Shown here one piece after another: positions 27,657-35,492 of a DNA stretch of 62,136 nt. The notes under the pieces were generated by a model. It saw only the letters and a program-made list of their open reading frames with translations. It made no database searches and was not told where the DNA came from. Each line of letters opens with the position of its first letter. The first letter of the stretch is position 1. Position numbers and translations under genes: made by a program. Source of the stretch: a virus (taxonomy: Duplodnaviria > Caudoviricetes); IMG/VR virus record IMGVR_UViG_3300030090_003965, positions 1-62,136 of that record; one strand, 5' to 3'.

Positions 27657-28097
27657 CTGTACGGGTTCCCATTTGGCCTGCATATCGGCAATCGTTTGGG
27701 CGGGCACACCGTGAATATTACCAAAGTCGTTTTGGGTTTCCAAAATAAAGACACCCCAGCGGTAAGTATCTGCTAGTTGTAGGTAGGGGTCAAGTTCGGC
27801 CTGTTTACTGAACGTATTACTCACAATACATCGGTAGTGGTATGGGTGTGCTTCTGCGGCGGCATTTTTCATATAGGCTTCTACTTTGTCTTGGCAATAC
27901 TGGTGAGCTTGCTGTAGCTTGGTGCCGTCAAAGTTGTATTCACCTGTTGTGGGGTCGGTAAAGTATTGGTCAGCCTCGCACAGGAGTGGGGTGTTTAGCA
28001 AATTATATCCAGCACGTATTATCCGCGCCAGTGTAGTTTTACCTGACCCGGGAAGGCCTCGAATCAGGTACAGTACACGTAGGTTTCTGGTAGCCAT
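27642..28097 (-). CDS. P-loop (AAA_33-like) nucleotide/polynucleotide kinase
   Basis: LIRGLPGSGKTT, EADQYF, AH..CQ, VSNTF, HGVP. Confidence 0.8.
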   Translation of the reverse strand: MATRNLRVLYLIRGLPGSGKTTLARIIRAGYNLLNTPLLCEADQYFTDPTTGEYNFDGTKLQQAHQYCQDKVEAYMKNAAAEAHPYHYRCIVSNTFSKQAELDPYLQLADTYRWGVFILETQNDFGNIHGVPAQTIADMQAKWEPVQLLVR

Positions 28098-28099
28098 GG

Positions 28100-28471
28100 T
28101 TATTCCATTACAAAGTTCTGTAGTATCACTAAAGGACCGCGTACATCTCCCCCCGCTTGCTCATTAGGCGGTAGGTCCTTAACTAAGCCACTCTCGTCTA
28201 CTAAAGCCTGATAGCTACCCTGCAACGGTCCTTCTCCGCTTATTTGCACCGTTATGATTTCAAAATGCCCACCATTTAAAAGTTCTTGGAACGTTTCAAC
28301 CGTGGGGCGGTTTTCAAAATGGTATATTTCGTGACCGCCGTCTTCTCTGGCTACCACCATGCAGTAGTCGCCTATGGGAACAACCTTAGTTTTTCCGTTG
28401 AGTTTTAGCTCTTTCCAATGCTTTTTAGTAAAGTGTTCTAGCGGATGCGTTTTACTGACTTCGTATTCCAC
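28100..28471 (-). CDS. Hypothetical protein (DUF3846-like)
   Basis: Q..LNGG.FE...VDESGL.KDLP.N..A....RG..VI pattern. Confidence 0.55.
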   Translation of the reverse strand: MEYEVSKTHPLEHFTKKHWKELKLNGKTKVVPIGDYCMVVAREDGGHEIYHFENRPTVETFQELLNGGHFEIITVQISGEGPLQGSYQALVDESGLVKDLPPNEQAGGDVRGPLVILQNFVME

Positions 28472-28507
28472 GATTAATCCCCTTTCTTTGGTTTAACTTA
28501 CCCTTAT

Positions 28508-28536
28508 AGTGTAGGGTCCCATTACGGGACTAGCAA
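28508..28536 (-). promoter_or_regulatory. Sigma70 promoter TTGCTA-N17-TACACT with spacer palindrome GTCCC-N5-GGGAC
   Basis: Read directly. Confidence 0.75.
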
Positions 28537-28724
28537 ACCGCAGCCTGATGGCAGCTTTCGCTGCAACAGCGTTGGAATTGTACTTGTGGCTTAAACTCGG
28601 TTCCGCACCAAAAGCATTCTTCGGGCTGGTCGCGCCAGCCGTCAGGGCAGCCGTGCTCGTGGCAATAAACACCGTTAATCATTACGGCGTCGCAGCTGTC
28701 GCATTGTGCTCTACAAGTATTCAT
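28530..28724 (-). CDS. Cys-rich zinc-finger protein
   Basis: CDSC, INGVYCHEHGCP, CFWCG, CCSESC. Confidence 0.65.
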   Translation of the reverse strand: MNTCRAQCDSCDAVMINGVYCHEHGCPDGWRDQPEECFWCGTEFKPQVQFQRCCSESCHQAAVC

Positions 28725-28823
28725 TTTTACCCCCCATTAGGTAAGTACCACTGCCTGTATTGGAACACCCCCTACGGGCAGCGGTACGGTCTTACAGCTT
28801 TTCCATTTACTTAGGTGTGTACG

Positions 28824-29435
28824 CTAGGGCAGGTAGGTTTCATAAAACGAACCATGCCCGCCTGTTATGTCCAGCGCGGGTACTAAGTCCCAAACGTAGC
28901 TCCAGTCCCTTTTGTGTTGGATACGTACCACACGCTGTAGGCTATCTCTGTCTTCTTGGCCCCACTTGAAAACTAACACAACAGCTTGGCATTCAGTAAG
29001 GACATTTGCTAAGCCGTTCCACTCTATTACACCGTTTACTTCGGCATCACGGTCGTACATGTTTTGGAACCACTGTTCTCGTCTTGGCTGGTTTTCCCAA
29101 AGGTCCCACAGCTTGGACTCCAAATACCCGTACAGGTTAGGACACTGCTGGTAGACAAGCCCTTGGGTATGCTGTGTAAATTCAACAAAACTAACACCAC
29201 TGGTTTCAAACGCCTGTACACAGAACATAGGTAGATAACCACCCTTTTCTGTTGCGTCGTAGTCGGACCACATATTTAAGTCTAACCCGCCCCCGTAAGG
29301 ATTGATGCGAGCTATCCCCGGATTATAGTTAAAGTAACGGGTTTCCCAGAACTCGTTTAGTGGTTGAGCTGCTGCACTAAGGGGAGCATAGACTTCCGCT
29401 AGTGATTGCAGTTCGCTTTTTTTGTGGCTTTTCAT
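28824..29435 (-). CDS. Hypothetical protein
   Basis: Likely start ATG 29435 after an AAAGGA SD. Confidence 0.6.
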   Translation of the reverse strand: MKSHKKSELQSLAEVYAPLSAAAQPLNEFWETRYFNYNPGIARINPYGGGLDLNMWSDYDATEKGGYLPMFCVQAFETSGVSFVEFTQHTQGLVYQQCPNLYGYLESKLWDLWENQPRREQWFQNMYDRDAEVNGVIEWNGLANVLTECQAVVLVFKWGQEDRDSLQRVVRIQHKRDWSYVWDLVPALDITGGHGSFYETYLP

Positions 29436-29530
29436 AACAATTTCCTTTCTTTGCAATTGTTTATATAATCCCTATCTGTATAGGGGCCTACCTTTATATA
29501 TTACTAAAAAACACTAAGAACAACAATTAC

Positions 29531-29860
29531 TTACTGAAGCAGGGTGTTTTTCCCCCTAGCCCGTTTGAGGTAACTTGTTGCTAGTTGTTCAAGGTTCAGC
29601 AGCTTTAGTTCCGTCATCATTTCTTCATGGGAATAATCTATGTACTTTTCCGTAAGCAGCGAGGCTGCGAGTCCAAAAAGATTATCCACAATTGGTGCCG
29701 AACAGTGATGCTCCATTATCTCGGCAACAAGAACAATTTTTAATATATCAAGGTCGGTCTGGGCGGGTACGTCTTCGTTTTGTTCTGCTGCTTGGTTAAA
29801 GTAGGCACGGCATCGGTCGTAGTGGCTTTCACTCATGCTTTTCTCCAAACGTGTAGGCAC
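29531..29860 (-). CDS. Hypothetical protein
   Basis: Co-oriented, overlapping operon; true start probably the second Met. Confidence 0.5.
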   Translation of the reverse strand: MPTRLEKSMSESHYDRCRAYFNQAAEQNEDVPAQTDLDILKIVLVAEIMEHHCSAPIVDNLFGLAASLLTEKYIDYSHEEMMTELKLLNLEQLATSYLKRARGKNTLLQ

Positions 29861-30062
29861 GGTTCAGTATTTCTTCGTCGGTGGAGGTTTCATATTCCCC
29901 GTTAAAATAGGCACGGCTCAGTCGTGCTTCGTGTTCTACTAGGGTAAACTCTAGTGAGTGTAATTGTGGTTCCACCCCTTGGGAATTCTCCCTAAACAGT
30001 TTAAGCATTTGTCGCACTAAGGTAAGACTCTGTTTTACTTGTGCTCTTCTTGAATTTCCCAT
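29829..30062 (-). CDS. Hypothetical protein
   Basis: Overlaps both neighbours. Confidence 0.5.
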   Translation of the reverse strand: MGNSRRAQVKQSLTLVRQMLKLFRENSQGVEPQLHSLEFTLVEHEARLSRAYFNGEYETSTDEEILNRAYTFGEKHE

Positions 30063-30520
30063 GGTCCAAAATCCCTTTGTTTTGCTAGTTTTAATAGAGC
30101 TTCGTGCATTGGGTATTCAACGTACTGGCCTTCTGTTTGGTTAATGCTAAGGTGTTCAAAATACTTGTCTTTGTCCCTGCACACATTAAAAACTGTACCG
30201 AAGTATTTTTTAAACCAAATATCGGGGTGACTGCTCATACTATATAAGCCAGAATTACTGTTGTCTATCACAAAGCACCTTGAACCCCCCTCCACGGTAC
30301 AGAACTCACCTTTACCCACGACGCCTTCCATAAGGTTAAAGCCATGAGCAAAGTGCTCTTTTGTTATCGGGTTAGTTACCATTGCGTGTACGAGTTTTAA
30401 TTGTGTATTGCCCGACGCATATAGCATTGTACGTCCGGCGGCAACAAAGCAGTCCCCTTTTTGTTTTTTTGAACTGTAGTGCATTTCGGTTAGGGTTTTT
30501 CTGTCAGCTGTAGTAATCAT
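30035..30520 (-). CDS. Hypothetical protein with Cys/His motif (GDCF...LVHA...HFAH...DNSN...GPWE)
   Basis: Cys-His-Asp spacing resembles transglutaminase/papain-like folds; function uncertain. Confidence 0.55.
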   Translation of the reverse strand: MITTADRKTLTEMHYSSKKQKGDCFVAAGRTMLYASGNTQLKLVHAMVTNPITKEHFAHGFNLMEGVVGKGEFCTVEGGSRCFVIDNSNSGLYSMSSHPDIWFKKYFGTVFNVCRDKDKYFEHLSINQTEGQYVEYPMHEALLKLAKQRDFGPWEIQEEHK

Positions 30521-30649
30521 ATACTTGCCCTGTGTTAAAAGCGGGGAACCCCTGCTACGGGTTTTTCACATAAAGGGCTAAAAATGCAGAAGCCCCCCGC
30601 CATAGTAACAGGTTAACCTCCCTTGTAGTGACGTGCAACCTTTAAATAC

Positions 30650-31003
30650 TCACTCTATAATTTGCCAATCGGAGTCACGGTACACATAGCTCTCATGGAG
30701 GTCTATACCGTAGTGCTCGCCAAAGGGACCACCACTTGCCAGTATTTCTGAGCCTTCCCACAGGCGCAGGGGTGTATCTTCACTTGGTACAGGTAAGTCA
30801 AATAAGTCTCCGCTAAAGTCTAGCCAAGACTTCCTTTTGGCCATATATTTCCAAGCCTCGTGCTGTTGAGCCATGTTTTCTATTAGAGCTTCCCCCTGTT
30901 TTAGTGTCCCAGTTCCTATGTCGTAGAAGCGCGGCTTATCGGGGTCGTAAGGGTTGGTCTGTACACCGCGGGGAAATAAACTAAATTCGTATGTTTTTTT
31001 CAT
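30650..31003 (-). CDS. Hypothetical protein
   Basis: GGAGG SD. Confidence 0.6.
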   Translation of the reverse strand: MKKTYEFSLFPRGVQTNPYDPDKPRFYDIGTGTLKQGEALIENMAQQHEAWKYMAKRKSWLDFSGDLFDLPVPSEDTPLRLWEGSEILASGGPFGEHYGIDLHESYVYRDSDWQIIE

Positions 31004-31173
31004 TGTTCCTCCAAAGTAGCGTCAAGGTGTAGGTCACTAACGGCGTCTTGTAGTTCTTCGCGGTGCCATATTTCCCACGCAGGACTTAAAGCCCATCCCC
31101 TTGACCCAAAGAACACCCATCCCCTTGCATTGCCCGAAAGCAGTTCCACTAATTGTCTGTTGGTGGGGTTCAT
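31000..31173 (-). CDS. 57-aa hypothetical protein (MNPTNRQLVELLSG...)
   Basis: Read manually; ATGA overlaps with both neighbours. Confidence 0.5.
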   Translation of the reverse strand: MNPTNRQLVELLSGNARGWVFFGSRGWALSPAWEIWHREELQDAVSDLHLDATLEEQ

Positions 31174-31445
31174 GTTAGGTAAAAGTTTGCATCGTCACAC
31201 AGACTGGCTAGGCCGTCTATGTCTTCGCCCATTAGGTCCTGTAGCGCGCTGTATGCGTGTATTTTTGTTTTAGAAGCCACAGGTGCGTGGGTGCAAGGTT
31301 CTTGGGGGGAATCAAAGGCTCCGCAGCCGTAGGCATAAAAGCTCTTACGGGCAGAATTAAAATTGGCAGCTAGGCCATCTTCAACCATGGTGTGTAGGGA
31401 ATCTACTTCCCATGGTTCTCCGCACTTACCACAATAAATATCCAC
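31170..31445 (-). CDS. Conserved hypothetical protein (DIYCGKCGEPWE)
   Basis: Likely GTG start at 31445 after AAAGGAG; promoter TTGCGG-N17-TACCAT upstream. Confidence 0.65.
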   Translation of the reverse strand: MDIYCGKCGEPWEVDSLHTMVEDGLAANFNSARKSFYAYGCGAFDSPQEPCTHAPVASKTKIHAYSALQDLMGEDIDGLASLCDDANFYLT

Positions 31446-31643
31446 AATACTTCTCCTTTCTGTGAGTTTGCTATTGCTTACCCTTACTATGGTAGGGCCT
31501 AACCCCTTGAACCGCAACTATAAATTACTCTCAATGAGGGCGAGTACTACCAACAACGTTGGAAACCACCGCAGCACAGCACGAGCTTCTTTGCCTTTAA
31601 GACTACAGCAAAAACCACGGCATTTTCGCACGGTGTTCATTTT

Positions 31644-31889
31644 TCATTTACTGGGTCTGGCACCAGACGAAGCACCGTTGTGTTCAAACTCATTGCGGGC
31701 ACTAATGTCAGCGCACACAGGTATTTCAGAGTCTAACCAGTCGGGCTCGGGCTTGTTGTGGCTTTGTTCCATTTTCAGCAGTTTTTTGTAGATCCTGTTC
31801 CATAGGTCTTTGAATTCCTTATGACGCGCTCTTTTCATGACAGTAAAAACGGCTGCTCTTCTGTTTTTCTGCAGATTTAGTATTGACAT
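31644..31889 (-). CDS. Hypothetical protein
   Basis: GGAGG SD; overlaps the upstream gene. Confidence 0.5.
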   Translation of the reverse strand: MSILNLQKNRRAAVFTVMKRARHKEFKDLWNRIYKKLLKMEQSHNKPEPDWLDSEIPVCADISARNEFEHNGASSGARPSK

Positions 31890-32119
31890 CCTTCCTCCCT
31901 CATATACTCATGACACTCTTCGTACAGTTTGTCCCATTCGGTGTCGCTGAGACGACTCTCTAACCACGGTGCGTGTTTTTTCTTAGTAGTTAGTATTTCA
32001 GTAATTTCCACCGTATTAGTAAGATTACCAACATCTGGCTCGGGTGGCCAGTAGTAAAACCTCACTATACAAGGAAAACCATTTAGAACCGTGGTTTCTA
32101 TTTCTCGTCTATCGGTCAT
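31877..32119 (-). CDS. Hypothetical protein
   Basis: ATGA overlap with the upstream gene. Confidence 0.55.
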   Translation of the reverse strand: MTDRREIETTVLNGFPCIVRFYYWPPEPDVGNLTNTVEITEILTTKKKHAPWLESRLSDTEWDKLYEECHEYMREEGCQY

Positions 32120-32376
32120 TGATCATCCATACTATAACCACTACCAATATCATTGCGGTGACGTAAGCCATTTTTCTCCTTTTGCCAGTAGGCTTCGGTT
32201 TTGTTTTTATCTGAATTACTGCGCCAACGACTATACGGTAGTCGTTTTCCCTGTTTTTTAGCGCAGTCTGCACACAGAAACATACTTGTGTGTGGTTTTT
32301 CCAACACTAGTCTTTCTAGTACTGCGGGCCTGTCGGGGTGGGTAGTGCATTTCCCTACGATGTGGCGATTGCTCAT
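32116..32376 (-). CDS. Hypothetical zinc-binding protein (C..HP.R...CADC)
   Basis: ATGA overlaps. Confidence 0.5.
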   Translation of the reverse strand: MSNRHIVGKCTTHPDRPAVLERLVLEKPHTSMFLCADCAKKQGKRLPYSRWRSNSDKNKTEAYWQKEKNGLRHRNDIGSGYSMDDQ

Positions 32377-32621
32377 GGCACGTCTGGTGGTGTAATAACC
32401 GTATCAAACCAAGTAGCGTGTCCCCACTCCTTTGCAAGTTTGTTGTATATCTTGCGTTGCTGCTTTAGTACTGATGCAGCTTTGTCCCTGCTCATGTAGG
32501 GTAAGGAGAACACCGTGGCTAGATCACGGTTGGCTAATTCACCGATTGCGTGTAGGACTTCCTCGTGAGCAACTCTCTCGGAGGGGGAAGGGAATGACCC
32601 TTTGCTTTTAGTACTGCTCAT
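32373..32621 (-). CDS. Hypothetical protein
   Basis: Likely start ATG 32621 after an AGGAG SD. Confidence 0.5.
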   Translation of the reverse strand: MSSTKSKGSFPSPSERVAHEEVLHAIGELANRDLATVFSLPYMSRDKAASVLKQQRKIYNKLAKEWGHATWFDTVITPPDVP

Positions 32622-32934
32622 TTTTTGCTTCTCCTGCGGCCCTAGACCGCGCCTGTTTGTTGGAAAAATACACCGGTTCGGTTGCACCCTTTGCAAGTTC
32701 GGCGCGTTTAATCAGTACATTGTCTACGTAGAAGTGGTAGGTGCGGTCCCCATTGGGGTGATGCCTGTGCGTTACGCAGTGATTAACAAAGTGGTGACTG
32801 TTCTGGGAGCTAGTGCCAATTACTACCTCAACATCGCCCGTTTCCCTAACACCGTAGGACTTTGCACCACGCTCGCCGTTTTTGTAGATACAGGCGGTAA
32901 CTTTGTTCCAAATTGGATAGTGTCTTCCAAACAT
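32608..32934 (-). CDS. Conserved hypothetical phage protein
   Basis: AAGGAGGT SD; YPIWN...C.YK....KSYG motif. Confidence 0.6.
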   Translation of the reverse strand: MFGRHYPIWNKVTACIYKNGERGAKSYGVRETGDVEVVIGTSSQNSHHFVNHCVTHRHHPNGDRTYHFYVDNVLIKRAELAKGATEPVYFSNKQARSRAAGEAKNEQY

Positions 32935-32948
32935 TTGCTTACCTCCTT

Positions 32949-33314
32949 TTACTGTAAGTGGTCACCAAAAGGGTTTTTACAGAGCTTTGGCATACTGGGA
33001 GCGTTACGCATTTTGTCTGCTAATTCGCCTAGCAGTTGGTTTTGGTCCCAGTACATATCTCGTTCTATGGGCAGGTTAAGCGGGCCTCTTAGTTGGCGTA
33101 GCTCGTTTAAGCTAACGTAGCCCAGTTCCGGAAACCCTAAGCCTAGATCACACAGGCCGAACAGGCGGTCGGGGTCGGTGGGGTCCCTTTCGCTAATCCA
33201 CCAAGTGGCTCCTGCGTCGGGGGTAAAGAATTTTACAACTACCTTACGTTCTTCCTCGGGCAGTTGAGCGTTTTTGTCTAGCTGTTTTTCCAGCTCTTTT
33301 GTTAACAACTTCAT
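32949..33314 (-). CDS. DUF2958-family protein
   Basis: VVKFFTPDAGATW..SE...D.LFGLCDLGLGFPELGYVSL.EL...IERD. Confidence 0.85.
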   Translation of the reverse strand: MKLLTKELEKQLDKNAQLPEEERKVVVKFFTPDAGATWWISERDPTDPDRLFGLCDLGLGFPELGYVSLNELRQLRGPLNLPIERDMYWDQNQLLGELADKMRNAPSMPKLCKNPFGDHLQ

Positions 33315-33387
33315 GCGGCATCTCCTTTCTATGAGCCAAACACATTACTATATAAACCTACTACACAGCGGCACGAGCCACAAGGGG

Positions 33388-33663
33388 CTATTCTATTCTC
33401 CAGTGCCGTGAGCCTTCAACACCGTTTTCCACCAGTTCTTTTCCGTAAAAACGCAACCTTTTCTTTGTTTGCCCGTTTTCTAGTTGTTTTTTGGTTAGGG
33501 TGAACAAATACTGGCGAACACAAGTGTATTTAGCCGTTGAGGAGGGAACAAAAAAGCTGTCCCCAACTTTCATTTTGTCTATGGGGTAGCGGGCCGCCCC
33601 TTTATGGTTCCAACTTCTTTTCTTAGGTACAGGAATGTCAGAACGTATTTCATAAACCTGCAT
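33388..33663 (-). CDS. Small putative DNA-binding protein (IPVP...MKVGDSFF...WR family), copy 2
   Basis: Motifs shared with 26851..27237. Confidence 0.65.
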   Translation of the reverse strand: MQVYEIRSDIPVPKKRSWNHKGAARYPIDKMKVGDSFFVPSSTAKYTCVRQYLFTLTKKQLENGQTKKRLRFYGKELVENGVEGSRHWRIE

Positions 33664-33730
33664 AACAATTTCCTTTCTTTTTAACTGTTAATTACAGTAT
33701 ATTTATAACAAACCACTGTAGGATACGCAA

Positions 33731-33967
33731 CTAGGGTTTATCCCACTTTAAGCTGTACACGGGGTCAAGGCACTCGCAACAATAGATATTGTGGCTCTGT
33801 GCAGAAAGGTAAAAGTTATCACCACCGCAGGCTTCACATAGCACTATTTGTATTTCCATGGTGGTGGGTTTCTCTTCTGGAGTAAATCTCTTAGCTACGT
33901 AGTCTCGCAAACTGACAACATTGCCTGTTGCATGAACGGGGGAACGGGACGGTTTTTCCATTGACAT
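33731..33967 (-). CDS. Small zinc-finger protein (CEACG...CCEC)
   Basis: Two CxxC-type motifs; start uncertain. Confidence 0.5.
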   Translation of the reverse strand: MSMEKPSRSPVHATGNVVSLRDYVAKRFTPEEKPTTMEIQIVLCEACGGDNFYLSAQSHNIYCCECLDPVYSLKWDKP

Positions 33968-34386
33968 AAATAAGCCTTCTCTTGCTGGTAATAAGTACGG
34001 TAGGCTTCTACCGCGTTGGTACCCTTATACTCCTCTGGCATGGCTTGTACAAAATCTGTAAGGCCAGTAGCCAATAACTCACTGGGAGGAGTACAAATGG
34101 TGTTGAGTATGTTTTCGGTTTTGTGGGTCTTGTTGTAGCGATACGTGTATTCGTTACAGAGGGCAATACCAAGGTCGTGTAAAAAGCGATAATTGGTAGT
34201 AGTGTTTCCTGCCCACACGGTACAGGGATGGTTTTTGTGCGTGGCTTTATAGGGCGCGGGCGAACCATACCGCCAATGCACAGCACATAGCATCTGTGCT
34301 GTTTCTAAAATCATTTTCACAACGTGCTTGTCTGCGTGGTACTGGGCACATTTGGTAGGGTCAAGGTGTAGTAAAAATATATTCAT
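33895..34386 (-). CDS. Pyrimidine-dimer DNA glycosylase / endonuclease V-like protein
   Basis: MNIF.L......CAQYH.DKHVVKMILE.AQML, HKNHPCTVW, EYTYRY.K.HK, AMP.EYK. Confidence 0.8.
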   Translation of the reverse strand: MNIFLLHLDPTKCAQYHADKHVVKMILETAQMLCAVHWRYGSPAPYKATHKNHPCTVWAGNTTTNYRFLHDLGIALCNEYTYRYNKTHKTENILNTICTPPSELLATGLTDFVQAMPEEYKGTNAVEAYRTYYQQEKAYLCQWKNRPVPPFMQQAMLSVCETT

Positions 34387-34441
34387 AAAAGCTGTAACAC
34401 ATACAGCTATATATTACAGCGCACATAGGCGACCTACAGGG

Positions 34442-34957
34442 TTATTTTTTCATCATATCAAGGGCGTGTTCAAGGGCTTCGTCGGTGCGTCGGTGCCATC
34501 CCTTACCAAAAGTAGTGAAGGTGCTTAGACCTTCGTAAAAAGTTTTTCTCTCCTGAGTAAATCCTTCAAGAACATCGCTGGGGTCGCTGTTGGCCACAGC
34601 CTGTAGAGTTTTAGGGCCAATTGCTCCGTCAGCAGTGACTTTTATGACCTTTTGCAGCGTTTTTGCAGCGCGGCTCGGGCCACCGTTTACGCACCAGTCA
34701 AAAACAAGGTAATCTATTCCGGTGGGTAACTCATCAGCCTTAATTTTGTCCCAATAAAGACGTTTATAGATTTCTTTTACGTCTTCGTCGGGAATATTTT
34801 TTATGTCTTCAACGGTTACGTCTTTACCAAGGAATTTTTCATAAGTTTTTTTAGTAATTCCTTTGTTGGTAGCTCCTCCGGGGTCCTTGGGGTGGTCTAC
34901 AAAGCCTCCTTCGTGTGCTAGGACCAAGTTTAAGCATTCATTAAAGTTTTCTTTCAT
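34442..34957 (-). CDS. Endolysin, glycoside hydrolase family 108 with peptidoglycan-binding domain
   Basis: HEGGFVDHPKDPGGATNKGIT, DGAIGPKTL, FGKGW.RR. Confidence 0.92.
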   Translation of the reverse strand: MKENFNECLNLVLAHEGGFVDHPKDPGGATNKGITKKTYEKFLGKDVTVEDIKNIPDEDVKEIYKRLYWDKIKADELPTGIDYLVFDWCVNGGPSRAAKTLQKVIKVTADGAIGPKTLQAVANSDPSDVLEGFTQERKTFYEGLSTFTTFGKGWHRRTDEALEHALDMMKK

Positions 34958-35492
34958 TGTTTTCTAACTCTTGTATTACTTTTTCTACAGGGGAAAAATT
35001 AGGGTTCTTGGAAAAATTATTTCTTAAAAAAGCTATACCGTTTTCAAAAATAGGTCTAGCCAGTGTGTTGCCTTTTTGTATTTTACCGTAACAGTGTAGG
35101 ACTAACTCTAGCATATCTGCCATTTTACACAGACTTTTGTCTTCATCGGTTATGTAGGTCGGGTAAAAAGTAGAGTCGATTCCTAGGGTTTTTTCGTACT
35201 CGGACTCCACCTTACGGTATTCTTTGGCTAAAAGCGGGTACTTCCACTTTGTAGTGGCGGGCAGGTCACCCAGTTCGGCCTCGGTTATGTCATGGTAGAG
35301 CAAATAAAACCACGCGTTCTTGCTGGCCTCGGGCCACAGGGTATTGAGTATAACCAAGGCTCGCCAAGTGTGTTCGGCTACGGTTTGGTTTTCGCCTACG
35401 TCTGGTCTGGTATGAAACCGCGTAACTTGTCCTCCCAGTAGTCTTTGTTCCAAAAGCCCATACTTTGACAAATCACTCCGATCAGAGTACAT
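34941..35492 (-). CDS. HD-domain deoxynucleotide phosphohydrolase (YfbR/DatZ-like)
   Basis: RFH...QTVAEH...HD..EA..GDLP...K.AD.LE; likely start ATG 35492. Confidence 0.85.
   Translation of the reverse strand: MYSDRSDLSKYGLLEQRLLGGQVTRFHTRPDVGENQTVAEHTWRALVILNTLWPEASKNAWFYLLYHDITEAELGDLPATTKWKYPLLAKEYRKVESEYEKTLGIDSTFYPTYITDEDKSLCKMADMLELVLHCYGKIQKGNTLARPIFENGIAFLRNNFSKNPNFSPVEKVIQELENNERKL

Larger units (their letters stand above)
26841..28406. repeat. 45-bp direct repeat with 1 mismatch, at 26841-26885 and 28362-28406
   Basis: CAGTAGTCGCCTATGGGAACAAC(T/C)TTAGTTTTTCCGTTGAGTTTT. Confidence 0.9.

Noticed and set aside
26841-28406. 45-bp repeat as a diversity-generating retroelement TR/VR pair
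   Set aside because: Short, only one mismatch, and no reverse transcriptase recognisable.
34941-35492. DatZ-like HD enzyme next to PolA, suggesting 2-aminoadenine (Z) DNA
   Set aside because: No purZ or adenylosuccinate synthetase-like gene in the window; the neighbouring genes point to thymidine replacement.
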